This document shows, piece after piece, positions 17,340-25,310 of a stretch of DNA of 31,560 nucleotides. Origin of the DNA: a virus (taxonomy: Duplodnaviria; Caudoviricetes). The stretch covers positions 1-31,560 of the IMG/VR virus record IMGVR_UViG_3300017747_002236, one strand, 5' to 3'. The notes under the pieces were generated by a model. The model was not told where the DNA came from. It ran no database searches and saw only the letters and a program-made list of their open reading frames with translations. How positions within the stretch are numbered: position 1 is the stretch's first letter; the number at the start of each line of letters is the position of its first letter. The translations under genes were made by a program, and so were the position numbers.

Positions 17340-17983
17340 GATATCTTGCGCCGATGAAATTCGAGCGCGGCACGGGGCGGCGCGCTTTTGAGAACCGCGA
17401 TTGGAATGAAGGCGATGTAGCCACGCTACGCGCTGAATGGGCGACGGGCGCATCCACGGCGGAAATTGGGCGCCGCATGGGTATCAGCAAAAACGCGGTC
17501 ATAGGTAAGGCGCGGCGCATGCAATTACCAGCGCGTGAACCGCCAGCCAATATCGCGTCACCGAAAAGCCGGGGCGTGGTGTCCCGGCCTGCCGCCCGCA
17601 ATCCGCAAGAACTTCCCGTCTTCGAAGCGCGGGCGGTTTCCCCATCGCGGTCACGTGCCGCTACCATCTCCGGCGTTACTTCCTCCGCCGTTGAGCGCCG
17701 GGTTTCCTCCCTCCCGGTTGAAAACTTGCCCGAGGCGGTTGCCGAAACGCCGCCGCCTCGGGTCTTTTCAGGGACGGAATGCAAATACCCGCTATGGGGC
17801 GATGAACGGCCCGAAGTGCCGCGCTTCTGCGATGAACCAGTGCGCGCGAATTTGAACGGCTGCGCCTCGCCATATTGCGCCGCGCATTATGCCGAGTGCT
17901 ACGCCGCGCCAGCGCAGCGCCCGACGCATCCGCCGCCTGCGACCTGGTTGAAAAATCGCGGCATGGTTTGGGCGCGCGGGTGA
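17336..17983 (+). CDS. gcrA: GcrA family cell-cycle regulator homolog
   Basis: N-terminal W....V..L...W..G.S..EI...MG.SKNAVIGK.RR..L, low-complexity linker, C-terminal CKYP.....FC.....PYC..H...Y. Confidence 0.88.
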   Translation: MRYLAPMKFERGTGRRAFENRDWNEGDVATLRAEWATGASTAEIGRRMGISKNAVIGKARRMQLPAREPPANIASPKSRGVVSRPAARNPQELPVFEARAVSPSRSRAATISGVTSSAVERRVSSLPVENLPEAVAETPPPRVFSGTECKYPLWGDERPEVPRFCDEPVRANLNGCASPYCAAHYAECYAAPAQRPTHPPPATWLKNRGMVWARG

Positions 17984-18017
17984 TGAACAAACAAAACACA
18001 ACCAACGGAGAGAAGAA

Positions 18018-20552
18018 ATGAACCACATGAACAAGGCCGGTCTTTTGGATTCCGGCGCTTACCTGAATTTCCTGCAAAGCAAGTTTCGCTTTGGTGCGGA
18101 GCATGGCTTTTCAGTGCCACGCAATGCGATAACGCCGCTTGCCAAAGAGCATCAGGCGGACCTCATTCAATGGGCTTGCCGGAAGGGCCGCGCCGCAATT
18201 TTCGCCAGCTTCGGCCTTGGTAAATCTATCATGCAGCTAGAAATCGAACGGTTGATGCTGGAAGAAGTCGGGGGCCGTGGCCTTATTATCATGCCTCTGG
18301 ACGTGCGGCATGAGTTTATGGCTGATGCTGCCATGCTTGGCATTAAGGTCAAATTCATTCGCAGCACTGAGGAAATCGGTGGCGCTGGCATTTATCTGAC
18401 AAACTATGAAAGCGTGCGCGAAGGCAAGATTGACCTTTCGCTTTTTAAGGTTGCCAGCCTGGATGAAGCGAGCGTGCTACGCTCCTACGGATCGAAAACC
18501 TATCAGGTTTTTATTGACCTGTTTCAGATTGTGCCATATCGCTTTGTTGCCACGGCTACGCCTTCGCCCAATCAATACAAGGAGCTTATTCACTACGATG
18601 GCTTTCTCGGCATTGCCGATACGGGCCAAGCCCTGACGCGCTTCTTCCAGCGTGACAGTGAACAGGCGAACAATCTCACGCTTTACCCGCACATGGAAAA
18701 GGAGTTTTTCCTTTGGCTTCATTCATGGGCGGCGTTTGTTCAAAAGCCTTCTGACTTGGGCTATTCTGACGAAGGATATTCTCTACCTGAATTGGTGGTG
18801 CGCTGGCATGAAGTGCCGGTGGACAGCCTGCAAGGAAAGGTGGAGCGCGACGGGCAAGGCGTATTGATCACCGATGGCGCAGTCGGGCTGGCGCGTGCGG
18901 CAGAGGAAAAGCGAAACACACTCGACCGGCGCATTGAAAAGATGTGCGAGATTGTGAACGCATCGCCAGAAGAGCATTTCATCTTGTGGCATGACTTGGA
19001 AGCCGAACGCTATGCCATTTGCGCGGCATTGCCGGAAGCGCGGGCCGTCTATGGTTCTCAAGATGATGAAGATCGCGCCCGCACCATTATAGATTTCAAA
19101 GAGGGCAAGCTTCGCCTTCTGGCAACGAAAAAGGAAATCAGCGGATCAGGCGGCAATTTCCAACGCTTTTGCCATCGCGCAATTTTTGTCGGGATTGATC
19201 ACAAGTTTAACGACTTCGTGCAAGCTATTCATCGCATTCACCGTTTTCTGCAATCGCACCCGTGCGAGATTGACATCATTTTTGCCGAAACTGAAAGGCC
19301 AGTGCGTGAAAGCCTGGAGCGGAAGTGGGGCGAACATCGTGAATTGACTGAGCGCATGTCTGACCTCATCCGCGAGCATGGCCTTGCGACGGCAGGGGTG
19401 GAAGCCGAACTCGCCCGCACCATCGGCGTTGAGCGCAAGGAAGCGCGCGGCGAAGGCTGGACCGCCGTTCATAACGACACCGTGCTTGAAGCTGACAGGA
19501 TGGCTAGCGATAGCGTTGACCTAATCGTGACCAGCATTCCTTTCGGTAATCATTATGAGTATTCCGAAAGCTATGAAGATTTTGGCCACAATTCCGATAA
19601 TGGCCGGTTCTTTCAGCAGATGGAGTTTTTAACGCCCAATCTTCTCCGCATTCTGAGACCGGGGCGCTTGGCCTGCATTCACGTCAAGGATCGGATCAGG
19701 TATGGCAATGTGACGGGCCTTGGAATGCCATCTGTTGAGCCGTTCCATGTGGATTGCATTCAGCATTACCGGCGCCATGGCTTTATCTATATGGGCATGA
19801 TCACGGTGGTTACGGACGTTGTGCGTGAAAACAATCAAACCTATCGCCTAGGTTGGACGGAACAATGCAAAGACGGCAGCAAGATGGGAGTCGGGTGCCC
19901 TGAGTATGTGTTGCTTTTTCGCAAGCTTCCAAGTGATACCAGCACCGCTTATGCTGACGTGCCGGTGGTCAAAGACAAGGCGCAATATACGCGCGGGCGC
20001 TGGCAGGTGGACGCTCACGCATTCTGGCGCAGCAGCGGGAACCGCTTTTTGAATGCGGAAGAATTGCTTGGCTTTGGCCCCGATGTTTTGGCAAAGCAAT
20101 TTACAATGATGACACGCGAGCGCATCTATGATCACGGCGCGCATGTCGAGGTGGCAGAAGATATGGACAGGCGCGGCGTATTGCCGGCGACCTTTATGGC
20201 GGTTGCGCCTGGCTCTCACGATCCTACCGTTTGGGATGATGTTATGAGGTTTCGCACTTTGAATGGTGCCCAAGCGCAGCGCAATCTACAACAGCATGTT
20301 TGCCCATTGCAATTTGACATCGTGGATAGGCTAATCAATCGTTATACCAATCCCGGCGAGTTGGTTTATGATCCCTTTCACGGCATCGGCACAGTATCAT
20401 ATTGCGCCTTGAAGCTGGGCAGGAAAGGCGCGGGCGTGGAACTCAATCATGAGTATTGGACCGACAGCCTTAGACATTTAAGGGAAGCAGAGCGCGAAGC
20501 TTCTATGCCATCGCTTTTCGACGTGGCAGATATGGCGGCGGTGGCATCATGA
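18018..20552 (+). CDS. SNF2-like helicase fused to an N6/N4 DNA methyltransferase
   Basis: GLGKS (motif I), LDEAS (II), ATATPSPN (III), QAIHRIHRF (VI); C-terminal TSIPF catalytic-type motif and DPFHGIGT SAM-binding motif. Confidence 0.9.
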   Translation: MNHMNKAGLLDSGAYLNFLQSKFRFGAEHGFSVPRNAITPLAKEHQADLIQWACRKGRAAIFASFGLGKSIMQLEIERLMLEEVGGRGLIIMPLDVRHEFMADAAMLGIKVKFIRSTEEIGGAGIYLTNYESVREGKIDLSLFKVASLDEASVLRSYGSKTYQVFIDLFQIVPYRFVATATPSPNQYKELIHYDGFLGIADTGQALTRFFQRDSEQANNLTLYPHMEKEFFLWLHSWAAFVQKPSDLGYSDEGYSLPELVVRWHEVPVDSLQGKVERDGQGVLITDGAVGLARAAEEKRNTLDRRIEKMCEIVNASPEEHFILWHDLEAERYAICAALPEARAVYGSQDDEDRARTIIDFKEGKLRLLATKKEISGSGGNFQRFCHRAIFVGIDHKFNDFVQAIHRIHRFLQSHPCEIDIIFAETERPVRESLERKWGEHRELTERMSDLIREHGLATAGVEAELARTIGVERKEARGEGWTAVHNDTVLEADRMASDSVDLIVTSIPFGNHYEYSESYEDFGHNSDNGRFFQQMEFLTPNLLRILRPGRLACIHVKDRIRYGNVTGLGMPSVEPFHVDCIQHYRRHGFIYMGMITVVTDVVRENNQTYRLGWTEQCKDGSKMGVGCPEYVLLFRKLPSDTSTAYADVPVVKDKAQYTRGRWQVDAHAFWRSSGNRFLNAEELLGFGPDVLAKQFTMMTRERIYDHGAHVEVAEDMDRRGVLPATFMAVAPGSHDPTVWDDVMRFRTLNGAQAQRNLQQHVCPLQFDIVDRLINRYTNPGELVYDPFHGIGTVSYCALKLGRKGAGVELNHEYWTDSLRHLREAEREASMPSLFDVADMAAVAS

Positions 20553-20716
20553 GCTTGATGGTCCTCACTTTCCTAATCTGCGCCGCTGACGGCACGCAAT
20601 GCGAGCCGGGCTATCAGGCGCATCGCAGTTGCATCACGGCGCAAGCATACGTGCGGGCGCGGCTGCATCCGGCGCTGATGATTAAAGACATTGTTTGTGA
20701 TGGGGTGAAGAAATGA
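20549..20716 (+). CDS. Small Cys-containing hypothetical protein (55 aa, absent from ORF track)
   Basis: MSLMVLTFLICAADGTQCEPGYQAHRSC...IVCDGVKK; ATGA coupling at both ends; hydrophobic N-terminus. Confidence 0.65.
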   Translation: MSLMVLTFLICAADGTQCEPGYQAHRSCITAQAYVRARLHPALMIKDIVCDGVKK

Positions 20717-20883
20717 CGGACTTGCCCAATCGCGCCCGCAAGCTGTCCGATGATGACGTGCGGGAAATTCGCGTCAATCCAATTCCGGGGCCGGTGCTGG
20801 CGAAGCACTACGGCGTCACGCCGAAGGTGATTTACAGCATCCGCAAGGGTGACAGCTATCAGCATGTGGGGAATGAGAAATGA
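20713..20883 (+). CDS. Small HTH protein (56 aa, absent from ORF track)
   Basis: KLSDDDVREIR...LAKHYGVTPKVIYSIRKG.SY.HV resembles the C-terminal HTH of phage HNH endonucleases; ATGA coupling at both ends. Confidence 0.7.
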   Translation: MTDLPNRARKLSDDDVREIRVNPIPGPVLAKHYGVTPKVIYSIRKGDSYQHVGNEK

Positions 20884-21338
20884 TCATCGGCATAGACCCC
20901 GGCGCGACCGGCGCCGTCGCCATTATGTCAGACAATGGCTATCTCATTGACTTGTTCGACTTGCCGCACATCAAAGGCGCCGGCCTTAGCCCGCAGATGC
21001 TGGCGACGGCGCTTGGCGAATGGGATGATGTCAACCACGCATTCATAGAGCGCGTGGCGGCAAGGCCCGGCGCGGGCGTATCCGGCATGTTCAATTTTGG
21101 GCGCGACTTCGGCGTTATTCTTGGCGTTTGCGGCGCGATGGCAATTCCCTATTCGCTCGCCACGCCTTCCAAGTGGAAGCGCGACCTTGGCTTGACTGCC
21201 GACAAGGATCATGCCCGCGCCCGCGCCGCGCAACTTTGGCCGGGTGCGGCAAAGCAATTCGCGCGCAAGAAAGACGATGGCCGCGCCGAGGCTGCGCTTA
21301 TCGCGCTTTGGGGCAGTAAGCATGGGAAGGCGTTGTGA
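20880..21338 (+). CDS. RuvC-like Holliday junction resolvase
   Basis: IIGIDPG, IERV, FNFG, P..WK..L and DGRAEAALIA motifs. Confidence 0.88.
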   Translation: MIIGIDPGATGAVAIMSDNGYLIDLFDLPHIKGAGLSPQMLATALGEWDDVNHAFIERVAARPGAGVSGMFNFGRDFGVILGVCGAMAIPYSLATPSKWKRDLGLTADKDHARARAAQLWPGAAKQFARKKDDGRAEAALIALWGSKHGKAL

Positions 21339-22372
21339 GCGCGCTATATAAAACTGCCGCGCCGTTCCGTTACGGGTCAGTATGTTCCGGCATAGAGGCT
21401 GCTTCCGTCGCGTGGGGCGCGCTTGGATGGCAGCCGTCTTTCTTCTCAGAGATTGATCCTTTCCCGCGCGCCGTGCTGACGCATCATTATCCGCACGTTC
21501 CGCTTCATGGCGATTTTACCACGATCAAGGGTCACCAATATGAACCAATCCAGCTTCTTGTTGGAGGAACACCCTGCCAATCTTTCTCGGTCGCAGGACT
21601 TAGAGGCGGGTTGGATGATGACCGTGGAAACCTGGCCCTTGAATTTCTGCGCCTTGCTTGCCGAACACGGCCCCGCTGGTTGGTTTGGGAGAACGTCCCC
21701 GGCGTCTTGTCAAGCAATGGCGGACGGGACTTTGGTTCCATTATCGGGGGCATGGTCCAACTCGGGTATGGCATCGCCTACCGAATCCTTGACGCTCAAT
21801 TCTTTGGAGTGGCCCAACGACGCCGCCGTGTGTTCGTTGTCGGATACCTTGGAGACTGGCGACGTAGCGCAGCGGTTCTTTTTGAGCGCCAAAGCCTGTC
21901 AGGGAATTTTGCGCCGAGCAGAGAAGCGGGGGAAAGTGTTGCCGGAACCCTTGGTGGAAGCTCTCAAAGCGGCGGCTTTCGCACAACCGACCTAGACAAT
22001 AACGGCGCCTTTATTCCGGTTTGTTTTGGTGGCAACCGCACAAGCGGGCCTATTGACGTGACGCCCGCGCTGCTGGCGCAGCCGGGGGCAGGCTTTAAGT
22101 GCGATTTTGAAAGCGAGACGTTCATAAAGATTGCCTTTGCACACCAGCAAGGCGGTAGCATCTGCCCTCATACCTCCGCCGTCCGCCGCCTGACCCCGCG
22201 CGAGTGCGAGCGCCTTCAAGGCTTTCCTGATGATTACACGATGATTCCCAATGGCAGAAAGCGTGCCGCAGATGGCCCGCGCTACAAGGCGCTAGGCAAT
22301 TCAATGGCCGTGCCGGTTATGCGGTGGATTGGCCAGCGCATTGCCGTATCGGAGCGCCGCCATGCAGCGTAG
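21335..22372 (+). CDS. C5 DNA cytosine methyltransferase
   Basis: SVCSGI (I), GGTPCQSFS (IV), WENVPG (VI), QRRRRVF (VIII), RRLTPRECERLQGFP (IX), ALGNS (X). Confidence 0.95.
   Translation: MSALYKTAAPFRYGSVCSGIEAASVAWGALGWQPSFFSEIDPFPRAVLTHHYPHVPLHGDFTTIKGHQYEPIQLLVGGTPCQSFSVAGLRGGLDDDRGNLALEFLRLACRTRPRWLVWENVPGVLSSNGGRDFGSIIGGMVQLGYGIAYRILDAQFFGVAQRRRRVFVVGYLGDWRRSAAVLFERQSLSGNFAPSREAGESVAGTLGGSSQSGGFRTTDLDNNGAFIPVCFGGNRTSGPIDVTPALLAQPGAGFKCDFESETFIKIAFAHQQGGSICPHTSAVRRLTPRECERLQGFPDDYTMIPNGRKRAADGPRYKALGNSMAVPVMRWIGQRIAVSERRHAA
21540..21995 (+). CDS. Nested alternative-frame protein, M.EcoHK31I beta-polypeptide-like
   Basis: Stop-free 151-codon +1 frame inside the MTase, with AAGGG RBS before ATG 21540. 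Motifs WSNSGM, CSLSD.LE and FLS.KAC.GILRRAEKRGK.LP. Confidence 0.7.
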   Translation: MNQSSFLLEEHPANLSRSQDLEAGWMMTVETWPLNFCALLAEHGPAGWFGRTSPASCQAMADGTLVPLSGAWSNSGMASPTESLTLNSLEWPNDAAVCSLSDTLETGDVAQRFFLSAKACQGILRRAEKRGKVLPEPLVEALKAAAFAQPT

Positions 22373-22516
22373 CGCCACCCTAGCCGGGCCTGGAATGGCG
22401 CGCTCACCAAGCGCCCATTTCCGCACCGTGCGTTCATCCACCTCAAGCGCCGTTGCCGCCGCGCGTTGCGACAAGCCCAGCGCGGCAATCGCTTCCCGGA
22501 ATTGTTCAGGCGACAC
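22301..22516 (-). CDS. Small XRE-type HTH protein, Aca-like (cassette 1)
   Basis: GTG start; SPEQFREAIAALGLSQ..AA..L.VDERTVRKW..GERAIPGP; paralog of 26124-26306. Confidence 0.8.
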   Translation of the reverse strand: MSPEQFREAIAALGLSQRAAATALEVDERTVRKWALGERAIPGPARVALRCMAALRYGNALANPPHNRHGH

Positions 22517-22721
22517 GGCGGACAATGCCTTGCGCGTCAACCGTCATGCCAGCCGCCGTCAGGGCGGGGCGCAGCGTGTCAATCGTTTCGTCAATGCGGA
22601 ACGTATTGGACAGGCTGCCGTCTGCCTTGAACAGCGCCAGGCGTTCGGGTCGGTCGTCGCGGCGGCTGATGAAGCCGATTGCATCGGCGGGAAGGGCGGG
22701 GCGGGTTGCGGGCTTGAACAT
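22506..22721 (-). CDS. Small orphan protein (71 aa), cargo of cassette 1
   Basis: ATG lies 6 nt after the -10 box (leaderless); the stop overlaps the HTH start by 11 nt. Confidence 0.7.
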   Translation of the reverse strand: MFKPATRPALPADAIGFISRRDDRPERLALFKADGSLSNTFRIDETIDTLRPALTAAGMTVDAQGIVRRVA

Positions 22722-22727
22722 ACGCAT

Positions 22728-22756
22728 AACTTAGGCCCATTGGCCCTATTCGTCAA
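22728..22756 (-). promoter_or_regulatory. sigma70 promoter with palindromic operator (cassette 1)
   Basis: TTGACG-17 nt-TAAGTT; TAGGGCCA-A-TGGGCCTA at 22748-22732 spans the spacer and the start of the -10 box. Confidence 0.75.
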
Positions 22757-22767
22757 GGGGTATTTTT

Positions 22768-22914
22768 ATGTCTGAACCCGTGCCATCCACCCTAGAAGAG
22801 CGCCTTGCTTTTTACCAGCGCTTCGCCCGCAACCTTGCCGAGCGCGTGCCTGACCCGGTGGAGGACGCCGAACGTGAGGCGCATTTTGAGACACACAAGC
22901 AAGGAAAACCATGA
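22768..22914 (+). CDS. Small hypothetical protein (48 aa, absent from ORF track)
   Basis: AAGGGG RBS; MSEPVPSTLEERLAFYQRFARNLAERVPDP...; ATGA-coupled to 22911. Confidence 0.65.
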   Translation: MSEPVPSTLEERLAFYQRFARNLAERVPDPVEDAEREAHFETHKQGKP

Positions 22915-23327
22915 AGCGCCGGTCAATCTATGATCCGCTTCCCGCGCCATCGGCGGCAGAGATCGCCAATGAATACGCGCGCATGTCACGCGACAGTTTG
23001 GCTATGGCATTGGCCGCCATGGGATACAAGCGCGCGATATTTCAAGCGCCGCGGATTGGAACGCCGCTTTGGTATGAATACGCCATCATCAGCGAGAGCC
23101 TAGACACGCGCGCAGACCGCGCCGATTGGCCTTGCCTTTTGCTACAACGCCACCGCAAAGCGCCTGCCGTCTGGTTCTGCACCGTGTCATGCGACTGGAA
23201 AACAGACGGCGCGAAAGGGCGCAGCATCATCAGCCTTGCAAGCTACACTTGGGAGATGTCCGAGAATGAAGCCGCCCGCCGCGTTCTTGATGCAGTCGAA
23301 CCGGACATCAGACGTGTCAGACTATGA
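22911..23327 (+). CDS. Hypothetical replication-associated protein (primase N-terminal-like)
   Basis: C-terminal DW.T.G.KG.SIISL.SY....S..EAARR.L resembles the end of primase N-terminal binding domains; overlaps the helicase start. Confidence 0.55.
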   Translation: MKRRSIYDPLPAPSAAEIANEYARMSRDSLAMALAAMGYKRAIFQAPRIGTPLWYEYAIISESLDTRADRADWPCLLLQRHRKAPAVWFCTVSCDWKTDGAKGRSIISLASYTWEMSENEAARRVLDAVEPDIRRVRL

Positions 23328-24726
23328 TCCCGATGACTGGAACCGCGCCCTAACGGGATCGGCACGCCAGCAGCGCGCCGTGGCGAAGTCCGCCCGGTCA
23401 GAAGCCGGCATCATGTCTTTTTCGGAAGAACAAGCCGCCCTTGCCTTTGCGGCAAAGCAGGAAGGCAAGATGGTTTGGGACCATACCGCAGGCCAATGGT
23501 TCATTTTCAGCAAGGGCAAGTGGACGGTTGACGGGATAGGCGAGGCCAATGACCGCGCCCGGCAATTCTTGCGCGACCTACAAGCAACGCCTGGCATATC
23601 CGAGGGCGAGCGCAAGGCCATGGGCAAGCTGGCCTTTACGCGCAACGTCCTAGCGTTTGCACAGTCAGACACGCGCATCGCAGTGCATCAAGGGGTGTGG
23701 GATGCTGACCCTTGGCTTCTTGGCGTGCCCGGTGGCGTGGTGGACCTGAAAACCGGCAAGATGCGCGACGCCAAGCCCGGCGAATACATCAGCCGAAACA
23801 CGCTCATAGCCCCTGCCACGCCTTCATCCGATCCGGTTCTATGGCGCAGCTTCCTAATTGAAGCGACAGCCAATGACCCCGAGACAATTGCCTTTCTTCA
23901 GCGCCTTTGCGGGTATTTCCTGACCGGCGACGTCACAGAGGAAATGCTTGCCTTCCTGTATGGCAGCGGCGGCAACGGCAAGGGCGTGTTTGTGACCACA
24001 GTCACCACCATCCTAGGCGGTTATGCCGTAGCGGCGCCCATGGGAGCCTTCACCGCAGATAGCCGCATGAACGTGGAGTATTACCGCGCCCGCATGGCCG
24101 GAAGCCGGCTTGTCACCGCGTCAGAGACAGAGGCAGGCCACGCCTGGGCAGAAAGCCAGATCAAGGAATTGACCGGCAACGAGGCGCCAGTTTCCGCGCG
24201 CCAGCCGTTCGGGCGCCCGTTTGAATACTGGCCGCAATACAAGCTGATGTTTGTCGGCAATCACGCGCCGCGCCTCAAGGGCCGCAGCAAGGCCATGGAG
24301 CGCCGGCTGAGGATTGTCCCGTTCGACAATGAGCCGGCAGAGCCTGACCACACCCTAAAGACCCGGCTAGAGGCAGAATATCCGGCAATCCTGCAATGGA
24401 TGATCGAGGGTTGCCTTGCCTGGCAGCAGCAGCGCCTCGGCACCGCGCCTGCCATTGCGGCAAAAACAGCCGAGTATTTTGACCTTCAAGACGCTTTTGG
24501 CAGGTGGATTAGCGAGCGATGCACCCTTGACGCAGCTTTCAGCGCGCGGCCTGGCGCCCTTTACGCTGACTTCCGGAATTGGACCAAAGCGAACGGGGAA
24601 CACGCCCCAAGTAACCAAGAATTTGCCGAAAACATCAATCGCCGCAAAGGCTTATTCCGTCGCCGCGTTCGGGGGCAGGATTGGGTAGGCGGTATCAAAC
24701 TGAAGGAGCTTGAAGATGATTTCTAA
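23314..24726 (+). CDS. D5/P4-family SF3 helicase (phage/plasmid primase, P4 family)
   Basis: D5_N region (WDADPWLLG.PGGVVDL.TG), Walker A GSGGNGKG, SET Walker B region, IKELTG, GNH.P, RRLRIVPF, C-terminal winged helix. GTG start is inferred. Confidence 0.9.
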   Translation: MSDYDPDDWNRALTGSARQQRAVAKSARSEAGIMSFSEEQAALAFAAKQEGKMVWDHTAGQWFIFSKGKWTVDGIGEANDRARQFLRDLQATPGISEGERKAMGKLAFTRNVLAFAQSDTRIAVHQGVWDADPWLLGVPGGVVDLKTGKMRDAKPGEYISRNTLIAPATPSSDPVLWRSFLIEATANDPETIAFLQRLCGYFLTGDVTEEMLAFLYGSGGNGKGVFVTTVTTILGGYAVAAPMGAFTADSRMNVEYYRARMAGSRLVTASETEAGHAWAESQIKELTGNEAPVSARQPFGRPFEYWPQYKLMFVGNHAPRLKGRSKAMERRLRIVPFDNEPAEPDHTLKTRLEAEYPAILQWMIEGCLAWQQQRLGTAPAIAAKTAEYFDLQDAFGRWISERCTLDAAFSARPGALYADFRNWTKANGEHAPSNQEFAENINRRKGLFRRRVRGQDWVGGIKLKELEDDF

Positions 24727-25102
24727 GGCACAGCTTGACCTGTTTGACCCCAAAGGGGGGCGGAGGGGGCGGTGCGATGGGGAGTTTTCCCAACCTTTTA
24801 CAAATACGGGCGCGCGCGCATATGCGCAGGTGGGGAGGTTTGAAAAAGTCCCTCCTCGCACCGCCCCCACCGCCCCCACCGCCCCCACCGCCCTCTGCGA
24901 AGTAGCGCCAGACCCCGCCCGCAATTACCCGACCCCGGCCAGCATCAAGGCGGCCTTCGACGCATGGGACGCGGAACATGCCGCATGGGTCGCAGCCGGG
25001 ATGAACGGCGACTACCCGCACCCGCCTGCCGGCCTGACGAGCGCCATTGCAGACCGGCTGATCCCGCGCCGGGCACCCCAGCACGGCAATCGGTGGCGCT
25101 GA
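24716..25102 (+). CDS. Hypothetical protein overlapping the putative origin
   Basis: AAGGAG RBS, QLDLF motif near the N-terminus, TAP repeats from the 9-bp repeats, TGATG coupling to the next gene. Confidence 0.5.
   Translation: MISKAQLDLFDPKGGRRGRCDGEFSQPFTNTGARAYAQVGRFEKVPPRTAPTAPTAPTALCEVAPDPARNYPTPASIKAAFDAWDAEHAAWVAAGMNGDYPHPPAGLTSAIADRLIPRRAPQHGNRWR
24755..24893. repeat. Nested inverted repeats plus 9-bp direct repeats; putative replication origin
   Basis: GGGGGCGGTGCGA (24765-24777) pairs with TCGCACCGCCCCC (24856-24868). Inner arms 24780-24796 and 24836-24852 match 14/17. Central GCGCATATGCGC (24816-24827). ACCGCCCCC x3 plus a partial copy (24860-24893). Confidence 0.8.
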
Positions 25103-25290
25103 TGGACCTAACCCCTGCCCAAGTGGCGCGCGCCCATGCTGACGATGCGCTTGCCGAGTACTGTTTGCGCCGCGCCAGAGCCGCGCAGGAAGGTTTGGGT
25201 GCTGCAAGCCTAGACCAGCCTAGCCGGGAATACTTGGAAGGGCTTGTAGCGCGGTTTAAAGCCCTTGCGGCGCGGCTGAAAGGAAGCTAG
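25102..25290 (+). CDS. Small hypothetical protein
   Basis: TGATG coupling; 62 aa, Ala/Arg-rich helical. Confidence 0.6.
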   Translation: MDLTPAQVARAHADDALAEYCLRRARAAQEGLGAASLDQPSREYLEGLVARFKALAARLKGS

Positions 25291-25310
25291 ACATGAATGG
25301 AGCTATCGCC

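Noticed and set aside
18018-22372. Restriction-modification or DISARM/BREX-like defence system (helicase + two MTases + nuclease)
   Set aside because: The nuclease is a RuvC-like resolvase, the genes sit in an ordinary phage early operon, and other required components are absent.
22301-22721. Classical HigBA/RelBE toxin-antitoxin reading of the orphan-HTH pairs
   Set aside because: Neither cargo shows RelE/ParE, HicA or PIN motifs and the two cargos are unrelated. Not fully excluded without structure prediction.
24695-25207. Minus-strand ORF with a poly-Gly run
   Set aside because: A by-product of the 9-bp C-rich repeats; opposes the coupled plus-strand operon.
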